From positions 32,984,001 through 33,048,000 of the forward strand of contig CM022672.1 in assembly GCA_012295275.1 (NCBI GenBank): a DNA stretch of 64,000 bases, given 5' to 3'. Every line of letters starts with the position of its first letter. The first letter of the stretch is position 1. The stretch is from Chrysomallon squamiferum (taxonomy: Eukaryota > Animalia > Mollusca). Below the pieces are notes generated by a model. That model saw only the letters and a program-made list of their open reading frames with translations. It was not told the DNA's origin and did no database searches. The translations under genes and the position numbers were made by a program. Positions 32,409-48,059 of the stretch are shown here, in pieces.

Positions 32409-33167
32409 TTATTATTATTTATTATTATTTATTTATTATTATTATTATTATTGTTGTTTTTTATTTTTTTTTTTTTTTTATTATTATTTTTTATTATTAT
32501 TTTATTATTTATTTATTTATTTGTTCCATTTGATTGCTGTACCTGAAATCATTCTGTGATTTTTTTTTAATGTTAGATATTTGTGAAAGAAAGCTCCATT
32601 ACAGCTATTCAAAACAGAAAATAATAATTGTTCAGGGCATAATGGTGATGCCTGTATTAGCAAATTTTTAAATGTGTTTTTATCCACTTTTTAAATAAAA
32701 TGTTTAATTCCTCTTTCCTAGAACTTTTTAATGAAAACAAGTATTTTGTTTAGACCAAGGGTCTCAAACTCAGGGTAAGAAAATGGCCATTATGTGCTTG
32801 AAAAGAAGTCCAGCAGGCCTAGACTATGGGGTGTGGAATGGGAAAATTATATAATTTTCTAGAGCTACATATCAAATAAATGTAATACATCGAGCATTTT
32901 ATTGAATATGTCAAAGCCAGTGGCAGTGACAGAATGATGGTAGAAAAAAATACAAAAGTGATGATTGCATGCCACTAGTATGAGATTCCTGGCCTAGATT
33001 ATTATTAAGAGGATAAGTTTGAGTTTATATAAATATAGTAAATACTTTAGTTGTTGAAAAAACCCCACGTCTGTGATCATTGAATATATCTGTTGTGACG
33101 TCATCAAATTGTCCTTAAATTTTAACCATATTCTTCTACTATATTCTTGTAGCCATATTAAAGTATC

Positions 33168-33198
<31 letters not shown>

Positions 33199-34214
33199 AT
33201 TTCTTCTTCTTCTTTTATATATGTTTTTTAATGATAAACTCCTATCTCATTTCTTATTTTATTTTATTTAATTTTATTTTAATTTTATTTCTTTCACAGC
33301 ACTCGACAGTTTAGGATTTGGTTCCTATAAAGATGATGCTCAAGCGGTTTTGGTGGAAACAAAGGCTGTAGCAGCAAAGAAGAGAAGAGGAAGTTCAAGA
33401 CTTGAAAACCTAGGCATTCCTGAAGAAGAACTTTTGAGACAGCAGCAAGAATTATTTGCTAAAGTTAGTTTGCTTATTGAAGTAATCTAATTCAGGCTGA
33501 GGAAATATTATCAAAATTACAAAACTCAAAAACCTCGGAAATCTGAAACTTTTTTCAAGTAACTGAAATAGTTGATATCTTACAGTCTTCAGATTGTTTA
33601 GCATATATAGTCTCAGTTTTATGCACAAAATTATTGAAAAATATTATATAAAAAGTTTGTAGTCTGTTTGTTTTATTGAAATATAAACTGAATTCATATT
33701 TTTAGACTTAGATCCTATTATAAGGCTGTTTTGTTGTATTCCAGAATTTGAGATAAAGGATTCACAATCTGTTATTTAATATAGTTGAAGACAAAAGTAA
33801 ATTTTACTTAATATATACTTTAAATACTTTTTTTTTTTTTTAAACATATTTTCTATATGATAATTGGTTAAAATATTTAAAAATAATTGTTCCTGTCACA
33901 TATTTTTTTTCATTAACATATTTCAACATCAAAAAGTAAATATATTTATTTTTCAGCCAAAAAAATCTTCAAATTAATTTTATTGGTTTTTTTATTTTGC
34001 ATTTTTTTTTTTCTGAACATATTTTATCAAAAAAGTAAATGCATATTATTCCCAACAAATTAATTTATTTTTTATTTTATTTTTACTTGCAAAGGCACGA
34101 GAAGAGCAAGCACAACGTGATCAAATGCAGTGGTTGCAGATGCAGCAGGCACTACAACAACAACAGCTACAGTCAGTGCAGAATCAAGGTGTGGACGATG
34201 ATGACTATTCATAG
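30994..34214 (+). CDS. DR1: Protein Dr1 / negative cofactor 2 beta (TBP-binding histone-fold repressor)
   Basis: Exons 30994-31222, 33300-33463, 34095-34214 with matching phases. DDDLSIPRAALNKMIKELVPNIRVANESRELILNCCTEFIHLVSSEANEICN...KKTISPDHV; SSRLENLGIPEEELLRQQQELFAKAR; Q-rich tail ending DDDDYS*. Confidence 0.97.
32756..32991. mobile_element. hAT (Charlie-like) MITE in DR1 intron 1
   Basis: Termini CAAGGGTCTCAAACT and AGTATGAGATTCCTG are imperfect inverted repeats. The flanking 8-mers GTTTAGAC and GCCTAGAT resemble the nTCTAGAn target duplication. Confidence 0.6.
33493..33771. mobile_element. Degenerate pogo/Tigger-like MITE in DR1 intron 2
   Basis: Begins CAGGCTGAG...tatcaaaatt and ends aatttgagataaaggattcacaatctg, decayed inverted termini of the CAGGTTGAGTATCCCTTATC type. 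Confidence 0.4.
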
Positions 34215-34536
34215 CATACAGCAACAACCACGTTATCCCGTAGTTGTCACTGACAACTGAAACTAATTTTGATGACTCTGATTGAGCAGAGATTTAAAGT
34301 TCACATAATAATGGCAGAAACTTTTGAAAAAACAAAACAAACTTCACCAAGACTTTTAAATTTAAGCTGGCAGATGTCATGAAGTTAGCCTGTTGAAGTT
34401 TAAAAATATTCAGACAAGTGAAACCAGATCCAGTTTAGTTTTGAATGAAACTGGATCTCAATCCAGCAGATTTTAACAAAGTGCATATACAAAGTGACAA
34501 ATAAATTGTGGTTTCTACTATAAAATTAAAAATACT

Positions 34537-34725
34537 GTTGTTAATAATCAACCAAATTTCTTAAATTTAATTTGGAATTATACCTAAGAAAATGAAGTGT
34601 ATTGATGAAATTTTTGTAAAGAAGAGAAAAATAACAAAATATTCTTGTTAATAATCAACAAATTTTTGTAAATTTAATTTGGAATTATACCTAAGAAAAT
34701 GAAGTGTATTGATGAAATTTTTTAT
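34537..34725. repeat. Tandem duplication of about 108 bp downstream of the DR1 stop
   Basis: tgttaataatcaac...aaatttaatttggaattatacctaagaaaatgaagtgtattgatgaaattttt occurs twice. Confidence 0.85.
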
Positions 34726-37374
34726 CAAGAAATTCTGGAATGAAAACAAAAATTAAAAATTTAATCAAGAGATACTAAAAATCAGAGTATTTGAAAAAAA
34801 AAGAAGAAAAAAAATCAATCCAGGACTGATAATATAACAATGCGACTACTGTAAAGTTGATAGTGGTGACATTGGTCTATGCTGTTGTGATTTTCAAATT
34901 AAAAATAACTAAAATATAATCAGTACATAAATTAGTTAAATCAGCTTGTTGACATCATTAGCATTACACTTCTTTGGGTGATGGATCACAAAACGGAATT
35001 AATTATTTTAATACATGAAGATGAATTAAACCTTCAGTACCAACTAAAATATGATTTTATTGAATTTATTTATTTTTTTTATTATTATTATAAATATTAT
35101 TTATTTATTTTTTTATTTTTTTTATTAATCTTTTAGTTTTAATCTTTCTGTTTTTATGGGTATACTGAGTAAGTAATGAAAGAAAGGAATATTTTATTTC
35201 CCTTACATATACACATATAATTTTATTAATCGATCATATAATGATAAAAAAAAAAAAAAAAAAAATGTTGTATATGAAGGATATCAACTTCTAGCTTTGT
35301 TTTATCAAAATAACATCAGACAGAAAATAAATACTTAAAAAATTGCTGTTATTTTATTTCATTTTCATATTTATTTGATCTACATACACAGTATACAAAT
35401 ATATATATATATATTTGTTAATGTTTGTAATCATTTGCTCTAAACACTATGTATGCAACATTTTATTCTTTATTATTCCTCTTGCTTTCTTTTTTTTGTT
35501 TTCTATTTTAGAAAATTTATCTTTTCTTTGTTCTATAAAGTATTATGAGGAAGATGGTTAAAAACCATTTTGTAAATATTCTTTCTATTCTGTTAAGTTG
35601 TGAGAAAAAAAAAAAATATATATATATATTGGAAATAATTTTTGAGAAATAAAATCATGAAGGGATTGCAGTGTTTGTCATTTTAAAAAAAGGTTTTATA
35701 AACTTTACTTGTTAATAGATAATTGCTTACATAATGGAAGTACGATGCAAAATTGTTTTAATTTTTTTTTTCTCTCGGTAAATATTGCCTTAAAATCAGC
35801 CATAATGTAGATTGTCGAATTAGAACAAAAATTGTAAAATTTATTCTCAGTTCCAGTTATTTCATAAGATACAGGAATGTCTGATATTTTCATTATTATT
35901 TATTAGCTTTTATGACTGTATCCCAGAGAATGAGTTTTAAAAAAAATGGGAACAAAAACTAATTTATAATTATCTTATTTCAAAGAAAAATTGCAACTCT
36001 TTTACTGAATATTTTTATTAAGTTAATGACACAAAACTTTAAATCTTACATTATTTTAAAACTTTTATAGGCATTACCCCTTGCCATTTTTCCAAAATGA
36101 AATCTTTGTTAGAAATTGTCAGTTGTTTAATAAATAAAATATATGAAAAGCTTTGAATTTATTTTTAAAAAAATATATATTTCCATTGTGCCATTACAAT
36201 AAAAAAAATGAACATATTTATCTGGCATAATGGATAATACATTTTTTATTTCATTTTCAGTCATTTAGTGATTTTACAAAGATGTTTATAATTTTTAAAC
36301 TTGTTGGTTTATCATTAAAAAGTCATTGTAATTTCTGATAGACTATAGAGAAGGTTTTTTTTTATTTTTGAACATAGAAATTATTATTATTATTTTTTTT
36401 TTTTTTTTAACAAATAAAACTGTAGTTTTAAAACAAACAAAAAAGATATTTCTATCTGATTATGTTTGGTTATTTTGCTCCCAGTTTGTTTTTTTTTATA
36501 AAGATATCTATCTGATTATATCAATATATGCTGTTAAATAAATAAAAAATTAAATAGTGCATAGATGTATAAGTCATTAAAAAATAAAACAGAAAAACAC
36601 TGTAAATATATTGTAACTGTAATCTGTCATTTTTATCCAGCATTCACTGACAGAAATTTAATAACATCTAAATCCTATCTCCACATAATCAGAAACAAAT
36701 CGAACATATACAAGGCTGTTAAAAATCTGTATATAATAGATCGTTTTGGTACAAATAAATTTCAAATTCAAAGGGTTCAACTAGACATGGTCCAAAATCC
36801 TTGGGGACAAATAATAAAACAACACTTTATATATATATATAGGCTTTACAAGAAAAAAGAAAAATGTGAAAGATGCATCAAGCTTATCTTATATCCATAA
36901 TTCATGTCAGACTTTCCACTGGATTTATTACTTAGAAAAATAAAAAAAAATAAACATTTTCATTTTGTTTCCTACATAAAGGAGATAAATTAAAATGTAC
37001 GTTCATATGTAACTGATATTAAATATACAAAAAAAACCCATTATTTTCAAATCTTTTTTGTATTTTATTATTGCCTATTGATCTATATTTCTTTTCTTGA
37101 ATATATGGTTTCATTTATGGATGCATTTTAAAATATCTGCATTGAAATATGAGACAAATATTCAAAAAAAAAAAAAAAATGAAGAAGAAAAAAAGATTGC
37201 ATCAAATATAAAAATCTGTCAGATATTTTTATGACTTTTTCTTTTAATGAAAAATTTCACTGACTATGAAGAACATCAACTGTTGACCTTGGTGTTCATT
37301 ACAGTGTTTTTATATTTCTCTGGTGAATTTTGTATTTTTATATTTTTCTGGTGATTTTTTTTTTATCTCTGTTT

Positions 37375-40300
37375 CTATTTTTTCACACTGATGTGATACA
37401 GTTCCAGGTCCTCTTCGGAAATTTCTGCTGGTGCTTTGCTCATAGGGTCTTTGCCATCGTGTGATTTTGGAAATGCAATGACATCTCGAATACTGCTGCT
37501 GCCACAGATAATGGCCATGAACCGATCCAAGCCTAAAAGAAAAGAAACATGTTTCATAAAATAAATGTAAAGCTTTAGAATTTGTTTTTTAAAAAATATA
37601 TTTCCATTGTGTATGTGATTACAATAAAAAATAAAATGAACATATTTATCTGGCATAATGGATAATACATTTTTTAGAATTCATTTTCAGTAGCATTGAA
37701 AATTCAATTTTTTGTTGTTATTTTACAAAGATGTTTATCTGGTATTATTTTTTTAAAATAACATGTAGTTTTATAATATTATAAAACCAGTCACATTGAA
37801 ATTTATTAAAATTATTAAATTATATGTAATAATTTTCCCTTCGAAACACATAAAATATGAATATCCATTTTTAAAATTTTAGTTTATTTATTTTTTTATT
37901 ATTTTTTTTTTTTATTACTTTCTTCTATATTGATATGAAGATTTAAATTCTCTGCTAGTGTAACTAATAATAAAGGAATTAATCTCAATTTTAATTTTGA
38001 GAAATTAAAAAAACAAAAAAACAATGAAAGCAGTCAACATACATTATTAACAATTACATAACATATTTAATATATTTTTTCAAGTTTAATGTTAATACAA
38101 GTTATAAACAGAATTTTAAAAATATTTTTCCAATAAATATATCCTAGACCTAGCCAAAACAAACAAAAATTAAATGCTTTATGTTCACTGAAAGTTTATT
38201 TTATTAAAATTATATCTGGTATTGTAAAATAATATATCTTAAGTAACAAACTTGGTACCAAGTGCAATGTCACCATAGCTAATACATCTCAGAGTTGTTT
38301 TAATATTAATAACAAAGTTACGAGACAGTACATACCAAGTGCAATGCCACCATGTGGTGGACAGCCTGAGTCCAGAGCTTCCAAGAGATGATCAAGCTGT
38401 TCAGCATTTTCCTGTTTGGAACAGAAAACACAAAATGATGCAAGATGTTAAAAACACAATTTTTTTTATCATTTCGTAAGATATAGCAGTTGAGAAAGCA
38501 AAACACAGACACACACACACGGCAATCAATAAAGATCATTAAAATAGAAAAAGAAGAACAACAACAACATGAAGAATTATAATAATAACAAACAACAACA
38601 ATAATCATAATAACAACAACAACACCAACAATAACAGTACTCACTTTTTATAAGCATTTTAATATTGACGCACAGTAATTATTATTATTATTGTTGTTAT
38701 TACTACTACTACTACTACTGCTACTACTACTACTATTACTTTTCTTTCTGAGTAGATAGAATCTGACCTTGAGGACATTTTCAATGACGTATCTTTGCAG
38801 GTCTGAGTGGTGGATTCTTATTGACCCTCCACCTATTTCATTCCCGTTCAGAACAAGATCATAATGCTGACTTCGTACCTGATCAGAAATAACAAAACAA
38901 AATAAATTAGTGACAGATATACACTCACATAGACAGACAGAGATAGATAGCTGTACACACACACAGATAGACAGATAGACACACACAGACACATAGATAG
39001 ACAGATACACATACAGATAGACATATACACACATACAGATAGACATACACACACATACAAATATATAGATACACACATATACAGATATATAGATACACAC
39101 ACTTACAGACTGATAGATACACATATACATAAATATATACATACATACACATAGACATATAGATACAGATAGATAGATACACAGATACACAAAAAGAGAC
39201 AGATAACACACACACATACAGATATATACACACACAGACATATATATAGACAGATAGAAACTTAAACACACACACACACACGCAATGTATAGACAGACAC
39301 CCACATATAGATAGATGCATACACATAGGCAGTTAGACACACAAATACACACACACACACATACATACAGACACACACACACACACATGTATAGACAGAC
39401 ACCCACACATATATAATAGATATATATACACATATACACACATAAAAACACACACACACAGTTAGACACACACACATACACACACACACACACACACTTG
39501 TACAGCCAAATCAAAAATGTCTGTCTTAAAAGAAACCCAGTTATAGATAATAATTAACCAACAGAAAAGCTACAGTTTAAAAAATTTTATGTTCTTTTTA
39601 AACTGTCAGTAAACTGCCTCTCTTTCAGCTGTCCAAAATGAAAATGTGAAACGGTTAAAACCAGTTAACTTTCAAAAACTAAAATTCACCTTGTCGGGCT
39701 GGGCGAAGACAAGATCAACATCATCAGGGTGGGGGGCGGTGAATGGGTGGTGGGCAGACTCCAACCCTTCTGAAAAATATAATGATGATGATGATGATGA
39801 TGATGATAATAATAATAATAATAATAATAATTTAAGTATGTTTTTACATGTTGAAAATATATAATAATAATAATAATTTTTCCTGTGTTGAAAACATTTG
39901 TAAAATTTAAAATTCTTCAAAACATTTCTTATGTTAAACATATCATTTTATTTTACTTAGCAATTGTATTGTTAATGAATCTTTACTAATAATAAAGAAT
40001 GACAATGTAAAATGATTTTAAAATGATTTTTAAAATAGTTCAACAGTCAAATGAGAATTAGATTATAATGTTGACTTCTACATTAGGAAACAATGATGTT
40101 CATCATCATAATGTAAAATTTATTTCTGGTTAAATATATCTTATTTCAAACATACAAACATGCACATACATTACATATTTCTTCATGCACACACACACAC
40201 ACATACAAACATTATACATGAATGCCATAAATATTTTTAATTCATTTTAAAAAATATAGTAATAATGAAAACAATAATAATTAAATGAAAAAAATTCCTG

Positions 40301-42000
40301 ACAAACTGACAACAATAACATGATAAATATGGTGTTTGGCTTTTATTTCAAATTGCAACAAAACAAAAAAAGAGTAATTTAAAAATCTCAATACTTTACC
40401 TTTTCCATCCTCTCTGGGCAGAAACAATGGAAATTCATGAACCCAGAGAAAGTCGAATCTGGATTTGTCTCTTAGTTCCACTCCTGCAATACATTTTATA
40501 CAATACGTACAATAGTAATACAATATGTACATTTTTTATACAATATGTAACATTTTTATACAGTATGTAAAATGTCTGTACAATGTTAATTTTTTATACA
40601 ATGTGTAAAATAATTATACAATATGAAAAATAATAATACAATATGTAAAATAGTTATACAGTATGCAAAATATTAAACAATAGGCAAAATATTTATACAA
40701 TATGCAAAATGTTTATACAGTATGTAAACTAGTTATTCAATACGTAAAATTTTATACAATATGTAAAATCTTTATACAATATGGAATAAATCATAAATCA
40801 ATACTTAAATGATAAAAGTTTTTTTCTTTCTTTACAAGATTATGGAAGACATTTATTTATCTGTTCAGATATTCCAAAATATTTTTTTAATAATTAATTA
40901 ATTCTCAGTATGTTAAAAAAAAAAAAAAAACAACAACAATAAACCAGATTAATAGAAAATTAAAATTTCTAAAACATATTAAAAGGAGTTGTTATATGAC
41001 AATTTAAAATGTATTATTATAATTTTTATTTTTATTATTATTGTTTTTGATTTTGGTGTTGTTGATACTGTTATTATTTACTGTTTAACATGTATGCTGT
41101 CACTGCAAATAAGTAAGAGACAATTAAAACAAAAATAAAGCTATTATTGTCATTATTATTACTACTACTATTATTATTACTACTACTACTACTACTACTA
41201 TTATTATTATTATTACTACTACTATTATTATAATTATTATTATTATTATTATTCTGAAATAGTCACAATCAGACATTATAAAACAAATGTGACATTGATT
41301 TAAAAAAAAACACACACCAAAATTCACCATTGAGAGCCTCAGAAACAACAAGTGTGTAATGAGACCCCCATAGACTGATACCAGTCTAAAAATAGCTCCA
41401 CAATGGGTGGTACCAGTCACCTGGTCAAGCTGACTTGTAGAAAAACATAGGTGTGTTTATATTAATTGCCTGATTAACGATGATGAACAATGCTTGATAG
41501 AAAATAATTGGCTAAATTAGCAAAAAGTGTGTAAACACAGCAATAAAATACGCTGATGTCTTGAGAGTTATTTTTATTTATTAATATTTAAAAAAAAAAA
41601 AAAATTAAACTTATTTAAATGTAGACATATAAATATACACACACATATGTACACAAATACAAAACAAACCCAAATTATGCATGTAAATAAAATAATTTTA
41701 AAAAAAAAAAAAATAAGCTCTTGCTTCCCCACCCTTAGTGTCCTTGAACTAAAGCAATCAAATATTTATCTGACTTTTTAGGAAGCTATACTATTCTTTA
41801 CAGCTAGCTAATGAAAATGGCAATATTTTCTTTTTTCTTACAATTATTAAAAAAAAATAAACTAATGATAAAAAAGAAATAATAATAATAATAATAAATG
41901 TAAGAAGAAGGAGAAGAAGAAAAAGAAAAAGAAAAAGAAAAGAAATTGCTACTATTATTTCTATTGTTATTACTATTATTATTATTATTACTGTTACCTA

Positions 42001-42070
<70 letters not shown>

Positions 42071-42171
42071 CATTACTATTTTTATTATTATTATTATTAC
42101 TACTATTATTACAATTATTATTACTACTATTACTACTATTATTATTACAATTGATAATAATAATAACCAAA

Positions 42172-42210
<39 letters not shown>

Positions 42211-42507
42211 CATACCAGTAATAAATAAATAAATAAAATATTGTTTTGAACATTTTTATTCTCTTTTAATCAAATTCTTTTTCTTTACAAGAATTAATTA
42301 AAATCATTAGAGAATTCTTGGTGTATCAGAACAGATAAAAAGCCAGATGGAGATAAAGCTGGGCTAATACACAGTCGGTCAACGACTTTCTTAATGAACA
42401 TAAAAAAATATATATTTAAAAAAAACAAAAAAAAAACAAAGAGAGCTTCAGAACCAGTCTATTCATAGCAGTGTTCTTTAGATTTGTTGTTTATTGAATT
42501 AAGTTAC

Positions 42508-42603
<96 letters not shown>

Positions 42604-43652
42604 GGAGAGAGAGAGATACAGAGAGAAAGAAAGAGAGACAGGGAGAGAGAGTATGTGAGAGAGAGATACAGAGAGAAAGAAAGAGAGACGGAGAGAGAGA
42701 GATACAGAGAGAAAGAAAGAGACAGACAGGAAGAAAGAGAGAGATACAGAGAGACAGGAAGAGAGAGATACAGGCAGAGAGAGAGAGAGAGAGAACTGTG
42801 TTAAGAAAGGTATAAGAAATCGAAAGATTAAAAATATTAATTCAGTTATTTGTTATTTTTTCTTACTTATAAGATGTATTTGTAGGTGTAGGTCTAAGTA
42901 TGTGTGTTTGAATGTGTATGAGTAAGTTATGTGTGTATATGTGTCTGTATGTATATATGTGTATGTTTATATATGTATGTATGTATGAACAGATATATGT
43001 ATACATATGTTTGTGTGAGTGTCTGTGCCTGTGTGTCTGTGTGTGTATGTGTGTGTGTGTATGTGGTGTGATATATGTAATTAACTTTATGTCAAACAAA
43101 AATAATAATAATAAAAAAGAAAGACATTAATATATATACATTTTATATCATTAATAAAAATATGTATATATTACTTTTAATAACAGGAATAATAATGAAA
43201 AATAAGATCAACAGTATTTGTAATTATCATTGTTACCAATGACATTATTAGTACTTTCTATGATTAAAACAACTTATTATGATTATTATCATGATATCAC
43301 AATCATCTTCATAAAGTAATTTTATTATTATTATTAGTTAGAGAAGGGGAGCAAGGGGAAGTAATTAATTTGAAAAACAAGACCATGTAGTGCCTCATGT
43401 CACCATTTAAACATTTGTTGTCTTTAGACTGTTGTTTGCTAAAAATAGATTCGTACATGTTTTATGTGTCTGTTTTAACTTGCAGTTCTACGTGACGATC
43501 TTCAGATACAACCGGACAGAAAAATGAGTTTTACAAATCCTGTCAGAATTTTATCTTGAAAGTGAAACTAGACATCACTTCTGTTTACAGAGTGCAGAGA
43601 AACTGAAAAATCTTTCTTCTCATTTTACACAGTACTCTTTCTTTCTCCTTTT

Positions 43653-43711
<59 letters not shown>

Positions 43712-43944
43712 CAAATTCTCTCTCTCTCTCTCTCTCTCTTTCTTTTTCAAATTCTCTCTCTCTCTCTTTTTCAAACTCTCTCTCTGTACCTCTGTCTCTT
43801 TTTCAAACACTCTCTCTCTCTTTTTCAAACTCTCTCTCTCTCTCTCTTTCTGTCTCTCCGTATCTCTCCTCTCTCTCTCTCTCTCTCTTTTTCAAACTCT
43901 CTCTGTACCTCTGTCTCTTTTTCAAACACTCTCTCTCTCTTTTT

Positions 43945-44031
<87 letters not shown>

Positions 44032-44686
44032 ATATATATATATATATATGTTTCTCCATGTTTGTTTATCTGGCTGTAATCAGACTCTCTACTGCCAGTG
44101 ATATTATCTGTCTACAAATGAAGAATCCAAAATTCTCATTAAATAAATTGAAAGTTTTACCTTTTGATTCTAGCACATCAGCACAAGCTAAACGTAATCT
44201 TCCTAGTACTGTATGCTGAAATAAAATTAATAAAACAATAATAAAAAACAAAAACTTATAAAGTAGATTGTCCTTTAAAACGTACTTATTTGTTGATTTT
44301 CATTAACTATTATAATTTATGAAATAATTTGTGTCTGTGTGTGTGTGTTTCTCCTCTATAAATCAAAATGGAGTCAAGAAATGAAAAGAAGTAAAAAGGG
44401 TAAAGGAAAAAACAGGAAAACAAAAACAAAAAGTAAATGTCACCTAGATATTAAATTATAAGTTACTATTCGCAAAAACATAGAAAATTAAGTTGATAAG
44501 ATCAGAAATTTAAAAAAAATAATAACAAACACTACCAACAACATTAATAAAAATAAATAAAGAATAATGATAATGATGATAATAATAGTAATGGTATTGA
44601 TAATAATAATAATGATAAAACAACAACAATAACTAATAATAATAATGATAACAACAATAACAACAATAATAATGATGATGATGATG

Positions 44687-44768
<82 letters not shown>

Positions 44769-46557
44769 AACAACAAAAACAACAACAACAACGACAACAA
44801 CAGCTGTGAAGATATTACTCTTTCGACTATGACTTGTACTATATTTCCTTGTCACGTTCGGTTTTGTGAAGCTACAATGAATAACCCAACAAAAAAAACG
44901 TGACATTCAGTAAAACACTACCACTGAACTTTCCCATCTCCATTTTTTGTTTCTTACATCATCTAACACTCTCTCTAGCACACCATTATCATCTCTGTTC
45001 TTACATCAGTCCTGTGTATTTCCATTTATAAATAAAAAACCCAGCCCCCAGACGAAATTATTCCACATGTACTTTTAAGTCTTAAGTCGATATCATGTCT
45101 GCAGTATTAACCGTGTTAACAATCCTTTTTTTTTTTTTATCATGTTGCTTTTTTTTATAATTAGTCAGTTAATTAAGATACAAATAGAAATATTTGCCAT
45201 ATTTTTGAACATAACAAGGTGATAATGTGAGATGAAATGAAATAAAAAAGAATTAAAAATGTTCTGGTTTTAGCACGGTTCTCATTTTAAGTGGTTTGTC
45301 ATTCTGACCCAAAATAGAAAAAAATGTTAATGTTTTACATTTGTGTTAATCGTTTATTTTTTTATTTTATTTTTATTTTTTGCTTGTTCATTTATATTCT
45401 TGTTTTATTTATTTCCTTGTTCGTTTATATTTATTTATTTATTTGTTTGTTCATTTATATTTATTTATTTACTTGTTCATTTATATTTATTTATTCATTT
45501 ATTTTGTTTATATATATTTATTTATTTCCTTGTTCATTTATATTTATTTATTTATGTTTAAGACCTCAATCATAAAAGTTATTTAATGTTAAACATATAT
45601 ATATATTTCTAAAATTTAATTCTTAATTATATATCTTGACTTCATTTTCTATTCTATTTTTATTTTTTTATGTGTTTATTGTTTTCATTTATTTTATTTT
45701 TGTGAGTGTGATAATTATTATTATTATTATTATTTCAAATATATACTTTTAAGATGTTTTTTTTTTCTAACAACAGAAGAAAGGCCAAGCTGAGATTTTA
45801 CAATCAGGTTTCAATGACCTCCATTTTGTTCTTTCAGGAATTTTATGTGTGTGTGTATATGTGTGTGTTTAAACACACACAGACATACATGTATAGATAT
45901 ATAAAGAGAGAGACAGTCAAATAGACAGAGACAGACAGACATAGAGAGGCAGACACACAGAGAGACAGATAGACACAGAGAGAGACAGACAGACAGAGAG
46001 AGATATACTGACAGAGAAAGAAAAAAACTGTGTATAACAAATATGTAAGAAAAAGAAAAATTAAAGCTATTAATTCAGTTTTCACACAAGTTATGTGTTT
46101 TCTACTTATAAGATATATTTGCAGGTGTCATAAGAACCTTTCCCAAAATGACTGGTGCTGGTAAAAGATGTGTCACTCCAAAACATAGGCACCAAAAGGG
46201 TTAAAATAAAAAATACTCACAGGATTGTAAGCAGAACCGGCTGCCAAGAAGATCAAATCTCCAGCATGAATGTCTAAGCTCCTCTCTAAATCCTTCTTCT
46301 CTCTTTCTTCCAGATTTTTCAATATTCCTGACTGCATGCTGCCATCTTCTTTAACTTTTATTACCACAACATCCTGTAATAACATATACTTTTCATAAAA
46401 CTTTTGTTAGACATTATGTTGCAGAAAATTAAAATATTTTATGTCTTGTCTTAACACTTCTTTTCACCTGGAGACAACCATAGATTAAAAAAATGAGAAC
46501 AAATAAAAACCGAAATAGGATCCATTATGTGCTGTAATATTTTCTTAACTGTATATG

Positions 46558-46595
<38 letters not shown>

Positions 46596-47556
46596 GATAG
46601 ACATATATTAGTAATGCTGCCTACAACTATTATATTTACTAGCATTATTATTAATCTTACTGGTGTTACTACTACATCAACTACTACTACTACTGCTATT
46701 TCAATTTCTACTACTACTACTATTACTTCTATAACTACTGCTGCTGCTGCTGCTACTATTACTACTACAGCTACAACTACTACTACTACAACTACTGCTA
46801 TTTCAATTTCTACTACTATTGCTTCTGCAACTACTGCTGCTATTACTACTACTACTACTACTACTATCATTACTATTACTGCTACTATTAATACTACTAC
46901 TGCTGCTACTACTACTACTACTACAACTACTGCTTGCTAACATTAATGAACAACTATGGAAAAAATAATAAATGTTTATGTCTCTGTGTGTATATATTTA
47001 CAGACACAATTACGTACAAACAGATATACACATACACACCCGAACATGCACACATAAATGCCCATACACAGAAATAAGTAAAAATACACACACATACACA
47101 TATAAACACTCATACATATACACACACATACACATATAACACTCATACATATACATACACACATATAAACATTCATATATATAAACATAAATAAATCACA
47201 CACACACTACACACTATATACACACACATATAAACTGATGGACATATGAAACAAAAATATAACACACCCTAACTCAACATATACTACACACTAAATTGTA
47301 AATTAACACACTCACAAACAGACGTAAAGACAGTTGAGTCAAACTGTGTTAATTGGAAATCAAGATAACACACAGACAAAACAGAAATGAATACACACAT
47401 GTAAATAATTAACAGAGATCATGTGACAGTCATGTGATACCATCAGACAGAGTATACATTACAAAATGAAAAGATTTTTACAGCAGAAACAATTACATTA
47501 CTCTAAAAAATAATAATAAAAAATAAAAATAAATAAAATAAGTAGGTGTACTATTT

Positions 47557-47597
<41 letters not shown>

Positions 47598-48005
47598 TGT
47601 TGTAGTGGTAGAAGTAATACAATAGCAGCAGTAACAATTGTAATAATAATAATAATAATAATAATATATATATAAAGTAGCAGTAGTTGAAGTACAAAAT
47701 TTGTAGTAGCAGTTATTAGTAGTAGTAATAATAAAAAACAGATTTTAAAATGTTATGTATTAATTATTATTAATGACAATTAAAATCATAGATTGTAATA
47801 ACAGTAACACTATAATATTAATAAATTATTATGATAACAATACTGTTAGTAGTAATAGTGGATCAATAGTAGAAATAATAATAACAGTAATATATAATAC
47901 AAACAAAAATATAACACCAAACTATTAATAACAACAACAACAACACCAGTACTACTACTACTACTACTAATAATAATAATAATAAAATAATAATAAAAAT
48001 AAAAA

Positions 48006-48059
<54 letters not shown>

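Noticed and set aside
38648-39514. Long C/V/Y-rich ORFs (288 aa and overlapping ones)
   Set aside because: Translations of (CA)/(GATA) microsatellites; only 38878-38768 is a real DARS2 exon.
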